Shown here: positions 20,452 to 28,489 of the stretch, in pieces
Position numbering within the stretch: the first letter of the stretch is position 1
Layout: each line of letters begins with the position of its first letter
Assembly: GCA_965283735.1 (NCBI GenBank)
Contig: CBDIPN010000001.1
Span: 2,033,205 to 2,097,204, forward strand
Reading direction: 5' to 3'
DNA: 64,000 nucleotides
Origin: Beijerinckiaceae bacterium
GTDB lineage: Bacteria; Pseudomonadota; Alphaproteobacteria; Rhizobiales; Beijerinckiaceae
Made by a program: the position numbers and the translations under genes
The notes under the pieces: model-generated
Told to the model about the DNA's origin: nothing
What the model saw: only the letters and a program-made list of their open reading frames with translations
Database searches by the model: none

Positions 20452-20783
20452 TGGCCGCCGCAATGATCCGCACGATGCCGCCGGCTGAGATGGAGGAGCG
20501 CGCTGGCGAGGTTGCCGCCTTGCTCAAGACGTTGTCGCATCCAGCACGTCTGCGGCTCGCCTGCGCACTCGCCGAGGGCGAATACGCCGTCGGCGAGCTC
20601 GAGGAGCGGCTCGGCATCCGTCAGCCGACGCTGTCGCAGCAGCTCGGCGCATTGCGCGAAGCCGGGGTCGTCACGACGCGCCGCGAAGCCAAGCAGATCT
20701 TCTACCGCCTGAGCGAAGAGAAGGCCGCTCGCCTGATCGAAGCCCTCTACGCCATCTATTGCGAACCGGAGCAGCAGCCATGA
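20445..20783 (+). CDS. bigR: ArsR/SmtB-family repressor, BigR-type
   Basis: HTH LSHPARLRLACAL..VGELEERLGIRQPTLSQQLGALREAG. ATGGTGA overlap with the blh stop. Confidence 0.8.
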   Translation: MVMAAAMIRTMPPAEMEERAGEVAALLKTLSHPARLRLACALAEGEYAVGELEERLGIRQPTLSQQLGALREAGVVTTRREAKQIFYRLSEEKAARLIEALYAIYCEPEQQP

Positions 20784-21186
20784 GTGTCTATTGGCCTTCT
20801 CTGATCGGCGGCATGTTGCTCGGCCTCTCCGCCGTCGCGCTCCTGCTGCTCGACGGACGGATCGCCGGCATCAGCGGCATCGTCGGCCGCTTGCTCGGCG
20901 GCGCGCAGGTCCCGCTGAATGCGGCTTTCGTCATCGGGCTCATCAGCGGCCCGCCGCTCTACATGCTGGCCTTCGGGAGCTTCCCGTCCGTGACCATCGC
21001 TACGTCCTGGCCCTGGTCCTAGTGGCCGGGCTGGCCGTCGGCATCGGCACGCGCATGGGCTCGGGCTGCACCTCGGGACACGGCATCCTCGGCCTTGCCC
21101 GCTTTTCGAGACGTTCGTTCGCCGCGACCGCGACCTTCCTCCTCGCGGGGGTCGCCATGGCGACGCTGATGGAGTTCCTGCGGTGA
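20780..21186 (+). pseudogene. YeeE/YedE-family membrane protein, frameshift near 21000
   Basis: The N-terminus is in ORF 20759..21022. The conserved GTRMGSGCTSGHGI continues in ORF 20791..21186. Confidence 0.7.
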
Positions 21187-21626
21187 AGCCTCTCGCGCCC
21201 CTGCGTATCGTCGTTGCGCTCCTTGCCGGTGCGCTGTTCGGATTCGGCCTGTCGCTCTCCGGAATGCTCGATCCGGCGCGCGTGCTCGGCTTCCTCAATC
21301 TCGCCAGCGGTCATTGGGACCCGAGCCTGGCCTTCGTGCTCGGCGGCGCTGTGCTCGTGGCGGTGCCGGGCGTCATGCTGCAACGCCGTCTGCGGCGCCC
21401 TTTGCTCGACGACAGCTTCCACCTGCCGGAGAAGACGGAGATCGATGGGAGGCTGCTAGCGGGCTCGGCGCTGTTCGGAGCCGGATGGGGTCTCGCCGGC
21501 TTCTGCCCGGGCCCGGCGGTCTCGGCGCTGTCGATGGGCCTCGTCCCGGTTCTCCTGTTCGTCGCAGCGATGGTGGTGGGGATGATACTGCATGATCGGG
21601 CGATCGCGGGGATGCTGCCGCGATGA
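21183..21626 (+). CDS. YeeE/YedE-family (DUF6691-like) membrane protein
   Basis: GFGLSLSGMLDP..GAGWGLAGFCPGP. Confidence 0.75.
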   Translation: MKPLAPLRIVVALLAGALFGFGLSLSGMLDPARVLGFLNLASGHWDPSLAFVLGGAVLVAVPGVMLQRRLRRPLLDDSFHLPEKTEIDGRLLAGSALFGAGWGLAGFCPGPAVSALSMGLVPVLLFVAAMVVGMILHDRAIAGMLPR

Positions 21627-22408
21627 CCTCGACCCTCGTCCCTGCCCTCGCTTCCGGCGGCCTCGTGGGCTTCAGCCTTGGGCTGGTCGGCGGGGGCGGC
21701 TCGATCCTGGCCACGCCACTGCTGCTCTACGTCGTCGGCGTCGCCAGCCCGCATATCGCGATTGGCACTGGCGCGCTGGCAGTCTCGATCAATGCCTATG
21801 CCAACCTGCTCGCCCATGCCCGGAAGGGCCATGTCCGCTGGCTCTGCGCATCAGTCTTCGCGGCGCTCGGTTCGCTCGGCGCCCTTGTCGGATCGAGCCT
21901 CGGCCTCGTCGTCGACGGAACACGACTTCTCCTGCTCTTCGGCGCACTGATGGTTGTTGTGGGGCTGCTGATGCTGCGGCCGCGCGGCGTCAGCCGAGGC
22001 GATGAGCGGCCGGTGGATCGGCGCATGTGTGCGCTCACCGCCGCCGCGGCGCTGGCGACGGGCGGCGCCTCCGGCTTCTTCGGTATCGGTGGCGGCTTCC
22101 TGATCGTGCCGGCGCTCGTCTTCGCCACCGGCATGCCGATGATCAATGCCATCGGCTCCTCCTTGCTCGCAGTGGGAACGTTCGGCCTGGCGACGGCGCT
22201 GAACTATGCCCGCAGCGGTCTCGTCGACTGGGTCGTCGCAGTGCAGTTCATCTCGGGCGGCGTCGCGGGCGGCATTCTCGGCATGCTCCTGGCGACGCAT
22301 CTCTCGAAAGGCAAGGCCACGCTGAACCGCATCTTCGCTGCGCTCATCCTGACGGTCGCGATCTATGTGATCTTCAAGAACCTGCCGATGGCGATCGGCA
22401 TCGCGTAA
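21623..22408 (+). CDS. TauE/SafE family sulfite exporter
   Basis: 261-aa polytopic protein with GGGGSILATPLL and FFGIGGGFLIVPAL repeats. Confidence 0.8.
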   Translation: MTSTLVPALASGGLVGFSLGLVGGGGSILATPLLLYVVGVASPHIAIGTGALAVSINAYANLLAHARKGHVRWLCASVFAALGSLGALVGSSLGLVVDGTRLLLLFGALMVVVGLLMLRPRGVSRGDERPVDRRMCALTAAAALATGGASGFFGIGGGFLIVPALVFATGMPMINAIGSSLLAVGTFGLATALNYARSGLVDWVVAVQFISGGVAGGILGMLLATHLSKGKATLNRIFAALILTVAIYVIFKNLPMAIGIA

Positions 22409-22507
22409 TCGCGGAGGGTGATTTTGGCGGCACGACCTGGATAGTTCGGGCGAACTTCCTTGGAAGTGCGGCAACCTCGTCGCTATGACTGCATCACGCT
22501 ACGCGCG

Positions 22508-23899
22508 TTAGGTGGAAGACCTGTTCCGTACCACCGTCACCGAGCATCCGGCCTCGGCCACGACCTTGGACGAGACGCTGCCGAGATGGCGGCGCAGGGT
22601 GGAGGCGCCGCGCGCACCGAGGATAATGTGGCCGATCTGGTTATGCTCGGCATAACGCAATATAGCGTCGGCTGCGCTCACCGCCTGCACGACGTGGTAG
22701 CTGATCCGGTCCTCGGCAAGGCCGAGCGGGCTCGCCCAGGCCTTAAGCGCAACCAGCCGCTTGATGTAGACGGAGTGGCCAGCGCTGTCTGCCACGACGT
22801 CCTCCCGCAGAATCTCGGTCTTCAGGACGGTTAGGCAAGAGAGGCGTGAATTGGTGCGGGCCGCCAAGAGCCGACCGGTCTCGGCGAGCACGGCATCGGC
22901 CAGCGGATTGACGCTATCGGCGAGGTCGACTGCCGCCAGGATAAGTGCCGGACCGGCCTCGCGCCGACGGGCCGTTGGAGCGCCGGTGAGCAGAAGATCA
23001 TCGCGCTTCTGGAACGCTGCGAGGAGCCAGTCCCACCAGCGGCGCTGTGGCAGGGGCTCGACGATCACCACCTGCTCAGGGTTGCGCAACTCGAAAGCGA
23101 CCCGGGCGGCATCCGCATAGCGGCGCTCGCGATCGACCTCGAGGCATTTCTGAATGATCGTTTCCAGCCAGGCCGGTACCTTCGGATTGCGGGCGGAGGG
23201 CGGCTTCGGCGCCTGATAGAGCCTTCGCTTCATCCCCGCCTGTGTCGAGGGCCAGCCGAACGGCGGCTCTCCGGTGGCGAGCAGATAGAGGATGCCGCCC
23301 AGGGCGAAGATGTCGCTCGAAGGGTCGGACCGGTCGCCCAGCACCTGCTCGGGTGCGATATAGGCGGCTGAGCCCATTGGGACGTTGCTTTCCTCCGAAA
23401 GCAAGTCTGGCAGGCCGGCATGGCGTGAGAGGCCGAAATCGAGCAGCACCGCGCCGCGGGCGGCGAGGATGACGTTCTCGGGCTTCAAGTCGAGATGTGC
23501 CACCTGCTGCTGATGCAGGCTGGCGACGGCGGCCGCCACCTCGGCGCCGATGCGCGCGACCTCCTCGGGCGAGAGTGGCGCATTCTTGGCGATCCGTGCG
23601 AGGCTTTCGCCTTCGACGAACTCCATAGCGATGTAGGGCGTCTCCGCCAGATCGCCGGAGCGGATGTAGCGCGGAACATGGGGGCCTGATAGGCGCTTCA
23701 GGATCAGTTCTTCGACCTCGTAGCCGATGACGGTCGAGACATCCTGGCCGGGCTCGAGAAAGGGAATCTTGAGGACGACGGGGGCTTCCACATCCGGATG
23801 ATGTGCCCGCCAGAGTGAAGCCATACCGCCGGAAGGCATCAGCGATTTCAGCGTGAAGCCGTCGATCATCTGTCCTTCGTGGAAGCGCATTCCGTTCAC
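22508..23899 (-). CDS. Ser/Thr protein kinase fused to a C-terminal universal stress protein domain
   Basis: Kinase motifs HLDLKPENV, DFG, APE. C-terminal USP segment HIILGARGASTLRRHLGSVSSKVV. Start is GTG 23899 or ATG 23890. Confidence 0.85.
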   Translation of the reverse strand: MNGMRFHEGQMIDGFTLKSLMPSGGMASLWRAHHPDVEAPVVLKIPFLEPGQDVSTVIGYEVEELILKRLSGPHVPRYIRSGDLAETPYIAMEFVEGESLARIAKNAPLSPEEVARIGAEVAAAVASLHQQQVAHLDLKPENVILAARGAVLLDFGLSRHAGLPDLLSEESNVPMGSAAYIAPEQVLGDRSDPSSDIFALGGILYLLATGEPPFGWPSTQAGMKRRLYQAPKPPSARNPKVPAWLETIIQKCLEVDRERRYADAARVAFELRNPEQVVIVEPLPQRRWWDWLLAAFQKRDDLLLTGAPTARRREAGPALILAAVDLADSVNPLADAVLAETGRLLAARTNSRLSCLTVLKTEILREDVVADSAGHSVYIKRLVALKAWASPLGLAEDRISYHVVQAVSAADAILRYAEHNQIGHIILGARGASTLRRHLGSVSSKVVAEAGCSVTVVRNRSST

Positions 23900-24636
23900 C
23901 GACCGAAAATGAGCCGCGTGGCGAGAGCCGGCGGCAGCCCCGCCGCCAGCACCTTGCGGGCAGTCGTTTCTGCATCATAGGGCACGCGCCGCATGGTGAC
24001 GCAGCGCTGCTCCAAGTCGATGAGAGCGAAGCAGGCGGCCGGATTGCCGTCTCGTGGCTGCCCGACGGAGCCCGCGACCACAAGGTGTCGACGCGTCGCG
24101 ATCAACGGTGCCGGTTGATTGTCAAGCGGCCGAAACGCGACGGGCGGGTAGCCGACACGAGCATAGAACATGGCTGGAACGTGCGTGTGGCCGCAGACGA
24201 TGAGACGCGCTCCGGTTGCATCGAAGGCGGATTCCGCTGCCTGCGCGTCCAGGATGTAGCGCCAGCGGCCGGGCTCGTTGGCACTCGCATGAACATAGAG
24301 GCGATCCTCCTCCACGATTGTCAGAGGCAGTCCGGCGAGGAAGGCACGATGTTCTTCCGAAAGTTGGCTGCGCGTCCAGTGAATTGCGTCGCGAGCGGCC
24401 TTGGTCATGCCACGGTCCTCTTGGTGGACCGCCTGATCGTGATTGCCGAGCACCACCCGCGCACCGTTCGCGGCGTACTGCGCCGCAACTTCCACTGCAT
24501 AAGCCGGATCCGGCCCATACCCGACGATATCGCCGGCAATCACGATCACGTCCGGGGCCGCCGCAGCGACAGCCTCCTTCACTGCATCGAGTGCCTCGCG
24601 ATTCCCATGGATGTCAGCGAGTACGACGATGCGCAT
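23896..24636 (-). CDS. metallophosphoesterase family protein
   Basis: MRIVVLADIHGN..GDIVGYG..GNHD..CGHTH. 4-nt overlap with the kinase start. Confidence 0.85.
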   Translation of the reverse strand: MRIVVLADIHGNREALDAVKEAVAAAAPDVIVIAGDIVGYGPDPAYAVEVAAQYAANGARVVLGNHDQAVHQEDRGMTKAARDAIHWTRSQLSEEHRAFLAGLPLTIVEEDRLYVHASANEPGRWRYILDAQAAESAFDATGARLIVCGHTHVPAMFYARVGYPPVAFRPLDNQPAPLIATRRHLVVAGSVGQPRDGNPAACFALIDLEQRCVTMRRVPYDAETTARKVLAAGLPPALATRLIFGR

Positions 24637-24851
24637 CGATTGTCCGGAGGCGAAAACCTTGGCGATCCTGCCACCATCGAAACGATGCTGCATCTAAAAA
24701 GGACTCCATCCCTGCACGCCCCGCAGCCTCGGTCACGAGCATCAAATTTGCTGCCGCTCGTGTTAACGCGGCACCTATCATTTGTGAGTGATCGGGAGCG
24801 GCAGCGGTTGCTGGGTCATCGGCACCTGCGGTCCCGAGGCACGGAGGATGA

Positions 24852-25133
24852 TCATAAGGCTCCATCGCTCTTAGAATGCGTGAGTACGCCAGCGACGGCC
24901 AGAAATGCCACGGTGATCCAGGGCGGTGCTTTACAGATGGTGAGGAGCAGAAAGCCCGCAAGCGGCAGAACGAAAACGTGTCGTGATTGAACGGCGCTCG
25001 CCCAGACCGGGTCATAAGGGGCGGCACCGAGAATCCCGACGACCGCTGCGTTAGCACCGCGCATTGCCGCCGTGGCGGCGGCGCCTTGCGGCGGCATGGA
25101 AGCGATGCGGTCGATGAGTTCCTTCGGGTTCAT
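24852..25133 (-). pseudogene. C-terminal fragment of a chromate transporter (ChrA)
   Basis: GANAAVVGILGAAPYDPVW..LLLTICKAPPWITVAFLAVAG resembles the last about 70 aa of ChrA. The rest of the gene is absent. Confidence 0.5.
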
Positions 25134-25308
25134 GGTCACTCCTTGGTCCGGGTGACGAGGAGAATGACGCCGCTCGCCCGGAGAAAAGAGGCCGAAAGAC
25201 CCTTCAGCGATCCGAAGGTCGGGCTTCAGTCGCCGATCTTCCAACCGCAGGTCTCACATCTCAGCTCGGCGAAGAGCTGATAGGCTGCCCGGCAGATGAT
25301 GCTGCCGG

Positions 25309-25527
25309 TTATGTGGGGCCGAGACACAGGCGCGTCTCGGGTTTCGAGATGCCCTCCATCACGCGAATGCCGGTCAGGAGCCGATTGAATTCGGCCATGC
25401 TTGGGACCTTGATCTCGGCGATAAGGTCCCAAAGACCATTCGTCGTGTGCATGGCCGCAAAGCCGGGGTTCTTTCGGAGAGCGGCGACCGTGCCCTTCAC
25501 GTTCCGGCCTTCCAGTGCGATCATCAT
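25309..25527 (-). pseudogene. Lrp/AsnC ligand-binding domain only (HTH half missing)
   Basis: MMIALEGRNVKGTVAALRKNPGFAAMHTTNGLWDLIAEIKV..FNRLL. Its upstream part is overlapped by arsR. Confidence 0.4.
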
Positions 25528-25693
25528 GACGCTACGGATCCGATCCGCGGTGTCGGCGTCTTCGGGCAAACGCTCGGCGAGTGCGGGGCCGGACGTTGAG
25601 TGAGAAGTTGCCGCCGAAAGCAAGTTTGGTTCGCGTCGTCTCCAACCGACACCCGCCTTGCGTTTCGATATTAATGTCGATAAGTCTCGACAT

Positions 25694-26050
25694 ATGGAAA
25701 ATGAGCAAGTCATCCTCGCGCTGGCAGCGCTGGCGCAGAGTACTCGCCTCGACGTCTTCCGCCTGCTGGTGAGCGCGGAGCCAGAGGGATTGCCTGCCGG
25801 CGAGGTCGCTCGCCGTCTCGAAGTTCCCCACAACACCATGTCGTCCCATCTGAGTATCCTCAGCCGGGCAGGGCTCGTCCGTTCGGAGCGCTTCAGTCGC
25901 TCGATCATCTACCGAGCCGATCTCGACGCGCTTCGATTGGCCATCGGGTTCCTCCTCAAGGATTGTTGCGGTGGCCGTGCGGAGATCTGCGCGCCGCTCC
26001 TGGTTGAGCTCACGCCCTGCTGCCCGCCAAAGGTCACGACCGATGCCTGA
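25694..26050 (+). CDS. arsR: ArsR family arsenic-responsive repressor
   Basis: HTH LAQSTRLDVFRLL..AGEVARRLEVPHNTMSSHLSIL. C-terminal Cys pairs CC..C..CC. Confidence 0.85.
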   Translation: MENEQVILALAALAQSTRLDVFRLLVSAEPEGLPAGEVARRLEVPHNTMSSHLSILSRAGLVRSERFSRSIIYRADLDALRLAIGFLLKDCCGGRAEICAPLLVELTPCCPPKVTTDA

Positions 26051-26570
26051 TCGCGTCCACAACGTGCTGTTCCTCTGCACGCATAACTCCGCTCGGTCGA
26101 TCATGGCCGAGGCGTTGCTAAACCATCTCAGCGAAGGACGTTTTCGGGCCTTCTCCGCCGGCAGCGAGGGCGGCCCCGGGCCGAAGCCGATGGCGCTCAA
26201 GGTTCTGGATGCCGAAGGCATCCCGACCGAGGGCCTGTCGTCGAAGACCTGGGATGTCTTCGCGAAGCCCGGCGCACCCGTCATGGATCTCGTGATCACC
26301 GTCTGCGATCAGGCGGCGGGCGAGGCCTGCCCGCATTGGCCCGGGCAGCCGATCACGGCGCACTGGGGCATCGAGGACCCGTCCAACGTCCAGGGCAGCG
26401 AGATCGAGCGCGAGCGAGCCTTCGTGACGGCGTTGCGCTATCTCAGAAACCGGATCAACGCCCTCCTGTCGCTGCCCGTCGCCAGCCTCGACGAGATGGC
26501 GTTGGCTCAGCAGGTTCGGCGGATCGGGGGCCTCGAGGGCGCGAGCGGCGGTCGCCCGGAGGTGGCGTGA
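26043..26570 (+). CDS. arsC: arsenate reductase, LMW-PTPase type
   Basis: CX5R P-loop: VLFLCTHNSARS. Confidence 0.85.
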   Translation: MPDRVHNVLFLCTHNSARSIMAEALLNHLSEGRFRAFSAGSEGGPGPKPMALKVLDAEGIPTEGLSSKTWDVFAKPGAPVMDLVITVCDQAAGEACPHWPGQPITAHWGIEDPSNVQGSEIERERAFVTALRYLRNRINALLSLPVASLDEMALAQQVRRIGGLEGASGGRPEVA

Positions 26571-26995
26571 TGGACGTCATCATCTACCACAACCCGGCCT
26601 GCGGGACTTCCCGAAACACGCTCGCGCTGATCCGCAATGCCGGCGTCGAGCCGCACGTCATCGAGTATCTGAAGACGCCGCCGAGCCGGGCGCTGCTGAA
26701 GCAGCTTCTCGATCGCGCCGGGCTGACCGCCCGGGACATCCTGCGCGAGAAGGGCACGCCCTTCGCCGAACTCGGCCTCGGCAACCCGAGCCTTTCCAAC
26801 GAAGTCCTGCTCGATGCGATCGAGGCCCATCCCATTCTAATGAACCGTCCGTTGGTCGTGTCGCTCAAGGGCGTGAAGCTGTGCCGGCCGTCAGAGGCGG
26901 TCCTGCCCCTGCTGCCGCCCCAGCTCGGCGAATTCCGCAAGGAGGACGGCGAACTGGTCGTCGATGCCTCCGGTCGCCCCGTCGCACTCGCCTGA
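26570..26995 (+). CDS. arsC: arsenate reductase, glutaredoxin-coupled (R773 ArsC type)
   Basis: MDVIIYHNPACGTSRNTLALIR. Confidence 0.85.
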   Translation: MDVIIYHNPACGTSRNTLALIRNAGVEPHVIEYLKTPPSRALLKQLLDRAGLTARDILREKGTPFAELGLGNPSLSNEVLLDAIEAHPILMNRPLVVSLKGVKLCRPSEAVLPLLPPQLGEFRKEDGELVVDASGRPVALA

Positions 26996-27002
26996 GGTCA
27001 CC

Positions 27003-28055
27003 ATGTCCACCTTCGAACGCTACCTGACCATCTGGGTCGCGCTGTGCATCGTCGTCGGGATTGCGCTGGGCCACGTCATGCCGGGCGCGTTCCAAGCCAT
27101 CGGCTCGGCCGAGATCGCCAGGGTCAATCTGCCCGTCGCGGTTCTGATCTGGCTGATGGTCATCCCGATGCTGCTGAAGATCGACTTCGCGGCGCTCGGG
27201 CAGGTTGGCCGCCACTGGCGCGGGATCGGCGTCACCCTCTTCATCAACTGGGCGGTGAAACCCTTCTCGATGGCGGCGCTCGGCTGGTTCTTCATCGCCT
27301 GGCTGTTCCGGCCGTGGCTACCCGCCGACCAGATCAACAGCTACATCGCCGGACTCATCATCCTGGCGGCCGCGCCCTGCACCGCGATGGTCTTCGTCTG
27401 GTCGAACCTGACGAAGGGCGAACCGCACTTCACGCTCAGCCAGGTCGCCCTCAACGACGCGATCATGGTCGTCGCCTTTGCTCCGATCGTCGGCCTGCTG
27501 CTCGGCCTGTCGGCGATCACCGTGCCGTGGGGAACGCTCGTCCTCTCGGTCGTGCTCTACATCGTCATCCCCGTAATCGTCGCGCAACTCGTCCGCAGCC
27601 GCGTTCTGGCGAAGGGCGGGCAGGCTGCGCTCGATCGACTGCTCGGCCGACTGGGACCTGTTTCGCTCGTGGCCCTGCTCGCCACTCTCGTCCTGCTCTT
27701 CGGCTTCCAGGGCGAGCAGATCCTCGCCCAGCCGATGGTGATCGCGCTCCTGGCGGTGCCGATCCTGATCCAGGTCTACCTGAATGCCGGGCTGGCCTAT
27801 CTGCTGAACCGGATCGCGGGCGAGCAGCATTGCGTCGCGGGGCCGTCAGCGCTGATCGGCGCCTCGAACTTCTTCGAGCTCGCAGTCGCCGCGGCGATCA
27901 GCCTGTTCGGCTTCAACTCCGGAGCCGCGCTCGCTACGGTCGTCGGCGTCCTCATCGAGGTCCCGGTCATGCTGACTGTGGTCTGGATCGTGAACCGATC
28001 GAAGGATTGGTACGAGCGCAGCGACAGCGTGCGAAAGGTTCAGGCAGCGGAGTAA
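27003..28055 (+). CDS. acr3: ACR3-family arsenite efflux permease
   Basis: MSTFERYLTIWV..AAPCTAMV..GASNFFELAVA. Confidence 0.9.
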   Translation: MSTFERYLTIWVALCIVVGIALGHVMPGAFQAIGSAEIARVNLPVAVLIWLMVIPMLLKIDFAALGQVGRHWRGIGVTLFINWAVKPFSMAALGWFFIAWLFRPWLPADQINSYIAGLIILAAAPCTAMVFVWSNLTKGEPHFTLSQVALNDAIMVVAFAPIVGLLLGLSAITVPWGTLVLSVVLYIVIPVIVAQLVRSRVLAKGGQAALDRLLGRLGPVSLVALLATLVLLFGFQGEQILAQPMVIALLAVPILIQVYLNAGLAYLLNRIAGEQHCVAGPSALIGASNFFELAVAAAISLFGFNSGAALATVVGVLIEVPVMLTVVWIVNRSKDWYERSDSVRKVQAAE

Positions 28056-28064
28056 TTCGACGAT

Positions 28065-28117
28065 CATGGAAATAGGGCTTGACGAAGCGATCCCGTCCAT
28101 GCCTACTTATTTCCATG
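28065..28117. promoter_or_regulatory. 10-bp inverted repeat CATGGAAATA / TATTTCCATG flanking a TTGACG -35-like hexamer
   Basis: The arms at 28065-28074 and 28108-28117 are exact reverse complements. The right arm contains the arsR2 ATG. Confidence 0.4.
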
Positions 28118-28432
28118 AACATCGAAGAAGCAGCGAAGCAGCTCGAAGCGCTCGGTAACCCGACGCGCCTCCAGCTCTATCGAACCTTGGTCCGCGCGGG
28201 TCACGGCGGCCTCCCTGTCAATCAGGTGCAGGAACGCCTGGGGATCCCGGCTTCGACCCTGTCCCACCACCTTCAACGGCTGATCCGGAACGGTCTCGTC
28301 ACGCAGGAGCGACAGGCCACGACCCTGATCTGCCGCGCGGTCTATCCGGCCATGGATGCACTACTCGGCTTCCTCGCCGACGAATGCTGCATTGAGGAAG
28401 GCTGCTCGGATGCTTCCGGGAAGGCCGCCTGA
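28115..28432 (+). CDS. second ArsR/SmtB-family regulator
   Basis: LGNPTRLQLYRTL..VNQVQERLGIPASTLSHHLQRL. C-terminal CC..C. Confidence 0.8.
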   Translation: MNIEEAAKQLEALGNPTRLQLYRTLVRAGHGGLPVNQVQERLGIPASTLSHHLQRLIRNGLVTQERQATTLICRAVYPAMDALLGFLADECCIEEGCSDASGKAA

Positions 28433-28489
28433 GCGGCTTTTCATTTGCCACTTAATTCCATGTTTCTAGCAGGAATGGAGGATATCCAG

